Source: Pseudodesulfovibrio mercurii (GTDB lineage: Bacteria > Desulfobacterota > Desulfovibrionia > Desulfovibrionales > Desulfovibrionaceae). Taken from it: DNA of 32,000 bases. Each line of letters starts with the position of its first letter. The first letter of the stretch is position 1. Positions 15,893 to 23,424 of this stretch are shown here, one piece after another. The position numbers were made by a program, and so were the translations under genes. Location of the stretch: positions 3,000,001 to 3,032,000 of the forward strand of contig NC_016803.1 in the NCBI RefSeq assembly GCF_000189295.2. The letters run 5' to 3'. The notes under the pieces are model-generated. The model saw nothing but the letters and a program-made list of their open reading frames with translations. It was not told the origin of the DNA and did no database searches.

Positions 15893-15896
15893 CTCG

Positions 15897-16679
15897 CTAT
15901 CGGAGCAACAACTGCTGCCCCTTGGAAAAACACCGTTTCCTCACCAGATTGGTGACAATCAACGCCCCCACCGCGGTGGACGCCACCAACATCAACATGA
16001 CCACGATCTGGTAGCGGATGGCCGTCAACGGGTCCGTGCCGGACAAAATCTGCCCGGTCATCATCCCCGGCAGGGATACCAACCCCACCGCCATGAGCGA
16101 GTTGATGGACGGAATCATCCCCGCCCGCACGGCCCCGGCCAGGATTTCCCGCGAGGCCTCGCGATAGTCCGCGCCCAGGGCGAGCTTCATCTCCACCTCG
16201 GCCCGCCGGGACCGGAGGTCCGAGAAGAGCCGGTCCAGGCAGATGGAGATGGCGTTCATGGAGTTGCCCACGATCATGCCCGCCAGGGGGATGAAGTACT
16301 GCGGCGTCCACCACGGCCTGGCCCCGACGATGACCCCGGTGACCACCACGGTGACCAGGGCGTAGGACACGAGCATGGACAGGAAGGTGGGGACGGCGAA
16401 GGAGATGGACCGCTCCTTGACCCGCCCCCGGATGGTGTGCACGGCGGCGGCCACCATGAAGGCGAACATGAGCAGGACCAGCCAGGAGATGCGCACCTCG
16501 AAGATGAACTTGAGGACGTAGCCCATGAGGAAGAGCTGGGCGAAGGTGCGCACCGTGCCCACGGCCAGGTCACGGCCCAGGCCGAGCTTGTGCACGAAGG
16601 AGGTCGCGCCCGCCAGGAGCACGAAGCCGAGGCACAGGGCGAGCTGCCACGGGCCGATTTCGATGATGTGCGGGGTCAA
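15897..16679 (-). CDS. fetB: FetB/YbbM-type (UPF0014) ABC exporter permease
   Basis: A 260-aa polytopic membrane protein (LPGMMTGQILSG, AIRYQIVVMLM) encoded downstream of a YbbL-like ATPase. The TTG start at 16679 overlaps the fetA TGA (TTGA). The upstream part of ORF 15897..17099 was discarded. Confidence 0.8.
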   Translation of the reverse strand: MTPHIIEIGPWQLALCLGFVLLAGATSFVHKLGLGRDLAVGTVRTFAQLFLMGYVLKFIFEVRISWLVLLMFAFMVAAAVHTIRGRVKERSISFAVPTFLSMLVSYALVTVVVTGVIVGARPWWTPQYFIPLAGMIVGNSMNAISICLDRLFSDLRSRRAEVEMKLALGADYREASREILAGAVRAGMIPSINSLMAVGLVSLPGMMTGQILSGTDPLTAIRYQIVVMLMLVASTAVGALIVTNLVRKRCFSKGQQLLLR

Positions 16680-17329
16680 GCGAGCACCAGCCTGCGGTCT
16701 TCGAGGGCGATGAAACGGGTCACGCCGTCGGGCACGGTCTCGGAGTGGGAGATCATGACCACGGTCACGCCGCCCTCGGCCAGCTCCCGCGTGCGGTCCA
16801 GGACCACCCGTGAGGAGTGGGCGTCCAGGGAGGCGGTGGGCTCGTCCAGGAGGATGACCTCGGGCGACAGGAGCAGGGAGCGGATCAGGCAGACCCGCTG
16901 GGCCTGGCCCACGGACAGCTTGTCGGCCCGCGAGTCCGGGGTCACGCCGTCCAGGAGGAAGGCAGCGAGCTGGGCCGAGATGGCGGCGTCCTCGGGCGGG
17001 GTCAGTCCGGCGTTGGCCTTGAAGGCGAAGGGCAGGCGCAGGTTGTCGCGGACCGTGCCGGGCAGGAGCGTGGGCAGCTGCTGGACGTAGGCCACGCAAC
17101 GGCGCAGCTCGGGCGGAGGCATGTCGCGGATGGGCGTGCCCTTGAAGGAAATAATCCCGGTCTGGGCCTCCTCCAGGCGGCAGAGCAGGCGCAGCAGGGT
17201 GGATTTGCCCGCGCCGGACGGGCCGCGCAGCAGGTGGTAGCCGCCGGGTTCCAGCGCCAGGGAGGCGTTGTCGAGGATGGCCGGGCCGTCCGGATAGGCG
17301 AAGGAGACCCGGTCCAGGGAGAGGGACAC
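16676..17329 (-). CDS. fetA: FetA/YbbL-type ABC transporter ATP-binding protein
   Basis: Walker A GPSGAGKST, ABC signature LSVGQAQR, Walker B ILLDEPT. GTG start at 17329, one nt after the upstream TPR gene stop. Confidence 0.9.
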   Translation of the reverse strand: MSLSLDRVSFAYPDGPAILDNASLALEPGGYHLLRGPSGAGKSTLLRLLCRLEEAQTGIISFKGTPIRDMPPPELRRCVAYVQQLPTLLPGTVRDNLRLPFAFKANAGLTPPEDAAISAQLAAFLLDGVTPDSRADKLSVGQAQRVCLIRSLLLSPEVILLDEPTASLDAHSSRVVLDRTRELAEGGVTVVMISHSETVPDGVTRFIALEDRRLVLA

Positions 17330-17330
17330 C

Positions 17331-18167
17331 CTAGCCCGCCTTTTTGTCGAGAAATTCGAGGAACCGGAGGGCGACCTCCATGTGCGGGGCGAGCTCCAGG
17401 GCTCTGCCCAGATTTTCCCGGCACCGGGCTTCGTCGCCGCGCTCGAAGTGGGCCCTGGCGATGTTGTAGAACAGGTTCTCGTCTTCCTCGGTGATCTCGA
17501 GGGCGCGGGCGTAGTAGGCCACGGCCTGGTCCGTGAGCCCGGACTTGCGCAGGCTGATGCCGAACTCGTTGAAGAGGTGCTTGTGCTCCGGGGCGAAGGC
17601 CGCGTCCAGGGCGACCAGCCGCTTGAAGATGTCGCCCGCCTTGTCCGTGTCGCCTCGGGCCAGGTAGGTCAGGCCAAGGCCGAAGTTGGCCCGGACGTTC
17701 TGCTCGTCCAGGCCCAGGGCGGATTCGTATTCGAACTGGGCGGAGTAGAGGGCGCCCTGGCCGCGCTGCTTCTCGGCGCGGGTCAGGGTCTCCTTGAGCT
17801 CGCGCATGCGCGGGTAGACCTCGGCCTGGTAGTATTCGAGTTCCGGGCTGTAGTCGTGGAGGAAGTCGGGCAGGGGTACCGGCTGCTTGTCCCCGGACGG
17901 GACGTTCTGGTTGTTCAGGGGCTGGACCAGGACCGTGCGGGCGCCGTCCGGACCGGGCTCGGCCTCCTCGGCGAACCAGAAGGCCTTCTGCACGACCTTG
18001 CGCCGGGTGGTGCCGGTGCCCACCAGGGCCACGACCTGGCTGGAGAAGGCGCCCGAAATCCTGGCCACGCGGACGTCGGCCGGGACCGCCGCACGCCGGG
18101 GAGCGCCCGTGGCGTGTGGTTTTGCCTTGCCGGGGCGGCCGAGGGTCAGGGGTTCGTCAGGGTTCAC
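17331..18167 (-). CDS. TPR-repeat protein (start uncertain)
   Basis: The C-terminal half has TPR-like repeats (NFGLGLTYLARGDTDKAGDIFKRLVALD; AVAYYARALEITEEDENLFYNIARAHFERGD). GTG at 18167 is preceded by GAGG at 7 nt. The ORF stays open up to a TTG at 18269. Confidence 0.65.
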   Translation of the reverse strand: MNPDEPLTLGRPGKAKPHATGAPRRAAVPADVRVARISGAFSSQVVALVGTGTTRRKVVQKAFWFAEEAEPGPDGARTVLVQPLNNQNVPSGDKQPVPLPDFLHDYSPELEYYQAEVYPRMRELKETLTRAEKQRGQGALYSAQFEYESALGLDEQNVRANFGLGLTYLARGDTDKAGDIFKRLVALDAAFAPEHKHLFNEFGISLRKSGLTDQAVAYYARALEITEEDENLFYNIARAHFERGDEARCRENLGRALELAPHMEVALRFLEFLDKKAG

Positions 18168-18262
18168 AACAATGCCTCGTGGTCTCGAAAGGGGTCCGAG
18201 TGCAAAACGGTACACGCGGACCCCGGGGAAGGCAACCGGTCTAACGGTTGAGCAGCGTTGTT

Positions 18263-18291
18263 TTGCCAAGTGGTGACAAATGTCCTTATAT
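18263..18291 (+). promoter_or_regulatory. Candidate sigma70-type promoter for the first regulator/ligase pair
   Basis: TTGCCA (18263-18268), 17-nt spacer, TTATAT (18286-18291), ~100 nt upstream of the ATG at 18390. Confidence 0.3.
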
Positions 18292-18389
18292 CCGCTACAG
18301 GCAGGGGCGACGGTCGTCCCCCGACACTCCCGTCAGCATCGTAAGAGTCCCTGCGCCAGCATTTGTGCCATCGAAAACGGAGAAACAAC

Positions 18390-18950
18390 ATGAGTACTAT
18401 CGGGAAGAGGATTCGCGCCTACCGAGAGAAGCAGAATCTGAGCATCGAGGATCTGTCCAACAGAACCACCCTGTCCGAGGACTTCATCCGTGCCGTGGAA
18501 GAGGAGGACATGTACCCCTCCCTGCGGCCCCTGGTAAAGCTGGCCCGCGCCCTAGGCGTCCGCCTGGGCACCTTCATGGACGACCACGTTTCGAGCGACC
18601 CGCTGATCATCCGCCTGGCCGAGCGCGAGGAGGAGCTGATCATGCACCCGGACGGCAAGGAGACCGGGCTGATCTTCCACTCCCTGGGCAAGGGCAAGAC
18701 CGACCGCCACATGGAGCCGTTCTTCATCGAGCTCATGCCCGAGTCGGCCAGGGACGAGTCCCTGTCCTCCCACGAGGGCGAGGAGTTCATCGTGGTCCAC
18801 TCCGGCAAGCTGCGGGTGCGCTACGGCCAGGAGGAGCGCATCCTCGAAACCGGCGACTCCATCTATTTCAATTCCATCGTGCCCCACAACGTGGCCTGCG
18901 GCGGAGAGGAAAAGGCGGAGATCTACGCCGTCCTCTATTTCCCGGAATAA
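18390..18950 (+). CDS. XRE-family HTH + C-terminal cupin transcriptional regulator (copy 1)
   Basis: N-terminal HTH (IGKRIRAYREKQNLSIEDLSNRTTLSEDFIRAVE). C-terminal cupin (HEGEEFIVVHSGKLRV...GDSIYFNSIVPH). Confidence 0.85.
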   Translation: MSTIGKRIRAYREKQNLSIEDLSNRTTLSEDFIRAVEEEDMYPSLRPLVKLARALGVRLGTFMDDHVSSDPLIIRLAEREEELIMHPDGKETGLIFHSLGKGKTDRHMEPFFIELMPESARDESLSSHEGEEFIVVHSGKLRVRYGQEERILETGDSIYFNSIVPHNVACGGEEKAEIYAVLYFPE

Positions 18951-18959
18951 GGAGGGTGT

Positions 18960-20600
18960 ATGAGCGCACTGAGAGAAATCACCCTCGGCAAGCTGCTGAA
19001 CGAGAAGGCGGAACTGTACCCGGATATCGAGGCCGTGGTCTACGTGGACCGCGACTTCCGCCTGACCTACCAGGAGTTCGACGAACTGACCGACACCATC
19101 GCCAAGGGGCTGATGGGGCTCGGCGTGCAAAAGGGCGAGAAGGTGGCCGTGTGGGCCAACAACGTGCCCTACTGGGTGGCCCTGCAATTCGCCACGGCCA
19201 AGATCGGGGCGGTCCTGCTCACGGTCAACACCCACTACCGCTCCCATGAGCTGGAATACCTGCTCAAGCACTCCGAGACCGAGAACCTGTTCATCATCGG
19301 CCAGTACCGCGACCACGACTACGTGCTGACCACCTACGAGCAGGTGCCGGAACTGCGCGTCCAGGAGCGCGGCCAGCTCAAGAGCGAGAAGTTTCCGCAC
19401 CTGAAGCGGGTCTTCTACCTGGGCCATGAGAAGCACCGGGGCATGTACTCCATCCCCGAGCTCCAGGCCATGGCCGCCATGGTCACGGACGAGCAGTACG
19501 CCGAGCGCCAGGCCTCCCTGAACCCGTTCGACGTGGTCAACATGCAGTACACCTCGGGCACCACCGGGTTCCCCAAGGGCGTGCAGCTGACCCACTACAA
19601 CATCGTCAACAACGGCTACTGGATCGGCGCGAACCAGAAGTTCGTGCCCGGCGACCGGCTCTGCCTGCCCGTGCCCCTGTTCCACTGCTTCGGCTGCGTG
19701 CTCGGGGTCATGGCCGCGGTCAACCACGCCGTGACCATGGTCCTGCTGGAGGACTTCGTGCCCCTGGACGTCATGGCCGCCATCGACCAGGAGCGCTGCA
19801 CCGCCGTGTACGGCGTGCCGACCATGTACATCGCCATCCTCGACCACCCGCTTTTCACGCGCTTCGACTACTCGTCCCTGCGCACCGGGATCATGGCCGG
19901 TTCGCCCTGTCCGGTGGAGGTCATGAAGCGGGTCATCGAGCAGATGAACATGCGCGAGATCACCATCTGCTACGGGTTGACCGAAGGCAGCCCGGTCATG
20001 AGCCAGACCGTGGTCGGCGACTCCCTCAAGCACATGACCGAGACCGTGGGCCGGGCCATGCCCGAGATCGAGGTCCGGGTGGTCAATCCCGAGACCAACG
20101 AGGAGTGTCCCCCCGGCGTGGTCGGCGAGGTCTGCTGCCGGGGCTACAACGTCATGAAGGGCTACTACAACAACGAGAAGGCCACCCGCGACGCCATCGA
20201 CGACGACGGCTGGCTGCACTCGGGCGACCTCGGGGTCATGGCCGAGGACGGCTACCTGACCATCACTGGCCGCCTCAAGGACATGATCATCCGCGGCGGC
20301 GAGAACATCTACCCCCGTGAGATCGAGGAGTTCCTGTACAAGATGGACGGCGTCCTGGACGTGCAGGTGGCCGGCGTGCCGAGCAGCAAGTTCGGCGAGG
20401 AATGCGGCGCCTTCGTCATCCGGAAGGGCGACGCGGACATCGAGGAAGAGGACATCATCGACTACTGCCGTGGCCGGATTTCCCGGTACAAGATCCCGAA
20501 ATACGTGACCTTCGTGGACGCGTACCCCATGACCGCCTCGGGCAAGATCCAGAAATACAAGCTGCGCGAGCTGGCCGCCGACCTGTGGCCCGACGCCTAG
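18960..20600 (+). CDS. AMP-forming acyl-CoA ligase (FadD/ACSF2-like)
   Basis: [12 protein letters not shown] (AMP-binding P-loop), [41 protein letters not shown] lies upstream of the ATG, 9 nt after the regulator stop. Confidence 0.9.
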   Translation: MSALREITLGKLLNEKAELYPDIEAVVYVDRDFRLTYQEFDELTDTIAKGLMGLGVQKGEKVAVWANNVPYWVALQFATAKIGAVLLTVNTHYRSHELEYLLKHSETENLFIIGQYRDHDYVLTTYEQVPELRVQERGQLKSEKFPHLKRVFYLGHEKHRGMYSIPELQAMAAMVTDEQYAERQASLNPFDVVNMQYTSGTTGFPKGVQLTHYNIVNNGYWIGANQKFVPGDRLCLPVPLFHCFGCVLGVMAAVNHAVTMVLLEDFVPLDVMAAIDQERCTAVYGVPTMYIAILDHPLFTRFDYSSLRTGIMAGSPCPVEVMKRVIEQMNMREITICYGLTEGSPVMSQTVVGDSLKHMTETVGRAMPEIEVRVVNPETNEECPPGVVGEVCCRGYNVMKGYYNNEKATRDAIDDDGWLHSGDLGVMAEDGYLTITGRLKDMIIRGGENIYPREIEEFLYKMDGVLDVQVAGVPSSKFGEECGAFVIRKGDADIEEEDIIDYCRGRISRYKIPKYVTFVDAYPMTASGKIQKYKLRELAADLWPDA

Positions 20601-20787
20601 CGATCGCGTGAACAATGCCGGGGGGGACCCGCTGTCGGAGGTCTCCCCCGGAATCCCTTGCCGCACGTATCGGCAGGGGGTAGGGCAACGGAGCGGCGGG
20701 CGTTCGGGAAAGGGGCTTTCCCGGCCGCGCGCATGCCCGCGCCGTTTGGGCGCACCCTTTTGAACAGTCCCCTTTTGGAGGTATGGA

Positions 20788-21336
20788 ATGGAACAGTACA
20801 AGGAGATCGCGCCCCGTCTGGTGGGCGTGCGCGAGGGCATCGGCTGGACGCCCAAGGAGATGGCCGACCTGCTCGGCGTGACCGAGGAGAAGGTCCTGGC
20901 CTTCGAGTCCGGGACCATGGAGATTCCGGTGGGCTACCTGCTCGACGTGTCCCGGCTGTGCCGGGTGGACCTGACCACGCTCATTTCCGGCCGCGAGCCG
21001 CACCTGAAGTCCTATTCCCTGGTGCGCAGGAACGAGGGATTCTCCGTGGACCGGCGCAAGGACTACGACTACAAGTCCCTGGGCTACAAGTTCGCCGGGC
21101 GCGAGATGGAGCCCTTCCTCATCGAGGTCCCGCCCAAGTCCGGCGAGGACATGACCGAGACCGCCCACCGGGGCCAGGAGTTCATCTACGTGCTCGAAGG
21201 CCGCCTCGAGGTGCGCCTGGGCGGCGAACCGATCATCGTCGAGCCCGGCGACTCGCTCTATTTCAATTCGGAAACCCCCCACGCCCTGCGCGGCCTGGAC
21301 GGCAAGCCCGTCCGTTTTCTCGACGTGATTCTATAG
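20788..21336 (+). CDS. XRE-family HTH + C-terminal cupin transcriptional regulator (copy 2)
   Basis: HTH (VGVREGIGWTPKEMADLLGVTEEKVLAFESG). Cupin (HRGQEFIYVLEGRLEV...GDSLYFNSETPH). GGAGG Shine-Dalgarno. Confidence 0.85.
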   Translation: MEQYKEIAPRLVGVREGIGWTPKEMADLLGVTEEKVLAFESGTMEIPVGYLLDVSRLCRVDLTTLISGREPHLKSYSLVRRNEGFSVDRRKDYDYKSLGYKFAGREMEPFLIEVPPKSGEDMTETAHRGQEFIYVLEGRLEVRLGGEPIIVEPGDSLYFNSETPHALRGLDGKPVRFLDVIL

Positions 21337-21434
21337 GGTCGGTCGGGAATCCCCCGACCCGCCCGGAACAAGTTCATGGATTTTTGTTGCGGAAAAAATC
21401 ACGAAACCTGATCTGAATCACGGAGAAAACCCCC

Positions 21435-23072
21435 ATGTTCACCAAAGAAGAATACGTCGATTACAAGGATTTTTGCGAACGATACACGCCCCAGTGCCCC
21501 GAGGATTTCAACTTCGCCTTCGACGTCCTGGACGCCAAGGACCCGAAAACCCCGGCGCTCATCCACGTGGACGACCACTACAACCGGCGCGATTTCGATT
21601 TCGGCTATTTCCAGGAGACCTCCTCCCGGCTGGCCAACGCGCTGGTCGCCAAGGGTGTGAAAAAGGGCGACCGGGTCATGGTCATTCTCTACCGGCGGGT
21701 GGAATACTGGGTGACCATGCTCGCCCTGCACCGCATCGGCGCGGTGCCCATCCCGTCCCCGTCCCTGCTGACCCGCAAGGACATCCGCGAGCGCGTCAAC
21801 TACGCGGGCATCTCCACCCTCATCTGCGAGGACTCCATCGTGGAGCGCGTGGACCGGGCCCGGCCCGACTGCCCCGGTCTGAAACTGCTCGTCCAGGTGG
21901 AGGGCAAGGCCGAAAACGGCTGGCTCGACTTTGATGCGCTGCTCGCCTCGGGCGATCCGAGCTTCCCGCGCACCCCGGACTCCCCCGGCGGCAACGACCC
22001 CATGGTCATCTTCTTCTCCTCCGGCACCACGGGCCTGCCCAAGATGGTCCTGCACAACCACAAGTACGCCGCGTCCCACTACACCACCGGCGCGCTGTGG
22101 CACGACCTGGAGCCGGGCGACATCCACCTGACCGTGTCCGACACGGGCTGGGGCAAGTCGGTCTGGGGCAAGTTCTACGGCCAGTGGATGGCCGGGGCGA
22201 TCATCTTCGTCTGGGATTTCCGGGGCAAGTTCCATCCCGGCGACCTGCTCAGGGTCGTGGCCGACAACAAGGTGACCACCTTCTGCGCGCCGCCGACCAT
22301 CTACCGCTTCCTGGTGCGCGAGGACCTGTCCCAGTACGACCTGTCCAACCTGCGCCACTGCACCACGGCGGGCGAGCTGCTCAACGACTCGGTCTTCCAC
22401 GCCTGGCAAAAGGCCGTGGGCATGCCCATCTTCGAGGGCTACGGCCAGACCGAGACCACCCTGCAGGTGGCCACCTTCAAGTTCATGGAGCCCAAGCCCG
22501 GCTCCATCGGCAAGCCCGTGCCCGGCTGGAACATCGCCCTCATGGACGAGGAGGGCAAACCCGTGCCCCAGGGCGAGGAGGGCGAGATCTGCATCAACAT
22601 CGACTCGCCCGTGCTCGGCCTGTTCGACTCCTACATGGACGAGCCGGAAAAGACCGCCTGCGTCAAGTGCCACGGCTGGTACCACACCGGGGACAAGGCC
22701 TGGGCCGACGAGGACGGCTACCTCTGGTTCATGGGCCGCACCGACGACCTGATTAAATCCTCGGGGTACCGCATCGGACCCTTCGAGGTGGAGTCCGCCC
22801 TGGTGGCCCACGACGCGGTCATCGAGGCCGCCGTCACCGGCCTGCCCGACGACGTGCGCGGCCAGCTGGTCAAGGCCACCGTGGTCCTGGCCCCCGGCTA
22901 CGAGCCGTCCGAAGACCTGACCAAGCAGCTCCAGTCCTTTGTCCGCGAACTGACCGCGCCGTACAAATACCCGCGCGTCATCGAATACGTGGACGAACTG
23001 CCCAAGACCATCTCCGGCAAGATCAAACGCAAGGAAATCCGCGAAGCCGACCTCGCCCGCCTGGCGAAGTAG
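21435..23072 (+). CDS. AMP-forming acyl-CoA ligase (medium-chain ACSM/AcsA-like)
   Basis: FSSGTTGLPKMV, YGQTET, GWYHTGDKA, GRTDDLIKSSGYRIGP, SGKIKR. The N-terminus DFNFAFDVLD is typical of the medium-chain acyl-CoA synthetase subfamily. Confidence 0.9.
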   Translation: MFTKEEYVDYKDFCERYTPQCPEDFNFAFDVLDAKDPKTPALIHVDDHYNRRDFDFGYFQETSSRLANALVAKGVKKGDRVMVILYRRVEYWVTMLALHRIGAVPIPSPSLLTRKDIRERVNYAGISTLICEDSIVERVDRARPDCPGLKLLVQVEGKAENGWLDFDALLASGDPSFPRTPDSPGGNDPMVIFFSSGTTGLPKMVLHNHKYAASHYTTGALWHDLEPGDIHLTVSDTGWGKSVWGKFYGQWMAGAIIFVWDFRGKFHPGDLLRVVADNKVTTFCAPPTIYRFLVREDLSQYDLSNLRHCTTAGELLNDSVFHAWQKAVGMPIFEGYGQTETTLQVATFKFMEPKPGSIGKPVPGWNIALMDEEGKPVPQGEEGEICINIDSPVLGLFDSYMDEPEKTACVKCHGWYHTGDKAWADEDGYLWFMGRTDDLIKSSGYRIGPFEVESALVAHDAVIEAAVTGLPDDVRGQLVKATVVLAPGYEPSEDLTKQLQSFVRELTAPYKYPRVIEYVDELPKTISGKIKRKEIREADLARLAK

Positions 23073-23143
23073 GGAAGCGGTGCCTCCGGGCCTCAGCCGT
23101 TGGCGAGTCTTCGAGCCTTACGGATGAGGACAGCAGCGATCGG

Positions 23144-23204
23144 CCGGGGGAAGGGGAGAGGGAAACCCTTTGAGAAAAGGGTTGTCCCTCTCCCCTTCCC
23201 CCGG
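23144..23204. repeat. 61-nt near-perfect palindrome (27-bp stem, one bulge, 6-nt loop)
   Basis: CCGGGGGAAGGGGAGAGGGAAACCCTT-TGAGAA-AAGGGTT(G)TCCCTCTCCCCTTCCCCCGG. It starts 72 nt after the ligase stop. No adjacent U-tract. Confidence 0.9.
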
Positions 23205-23424
23205 ACCCCCATCCCCTCTCCTTTCCTAAACTTTTTGTGGCGCTTCGCGGGTGTGGCGGGGGGCTTCTTTTCGTCCGCCGCGTTCGCGGGTGGTGGTTGG
23301 TTGTTTTGTGGCGATGGTGACTATCGGGTGAAAAGGGGGGCGGCCCGGCTTGCCTTTCCGCCGGGGTCGGGTGTACCGGTTGAGGCTTCGGGGCGCGTTC
23401 CCCGGCGCGTTTGATCAAGCGGAC

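Noticed and set aside
14131-16314. Upstream 728 codons of the 868-aa ORF that ends as yraN
   Set aside because: Only the last 140 codons (from the ATG at 14130) look like UPF0102. The rest is antisense to the oxidoreductase, crosses the 554-nt gap, and runs out of frame through the 3' end of fetB.
18552-20918. 788-aa minus-strand ORF antisense to the first regulator and acyl-CoA ligase
   Set aside because: The plus strand carries complete AMP-binding motifs. The composition is that of an antisense shadow frame.
21376-21392. Possible sigma54 promoter TGGATTTTTGTTGC upstream of the second ligase
   Set aside because: The GG and GC dinucleotides are separated by 9 nt rather than the required 10, and the -24 box lacks the CAC. 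It does not fit the consensus.
21399-22811. 470-aa minus-strand ORF antisense to the second ligase
   Set aside because: Same reasoning. The plus strand has the full set of ANL-superfamily motifs.
23205-23424. Mn2+ (yybP-ykoY) riboswitch or Fur/MntR box upstream of mntH
   Set aside because: I could not find the conserved riboswitch helices or loops, or a convincing AT-rich palindromic metalloregulator box by eye. This needs a covariance-model or PWM scan and is left as a check, not a call.
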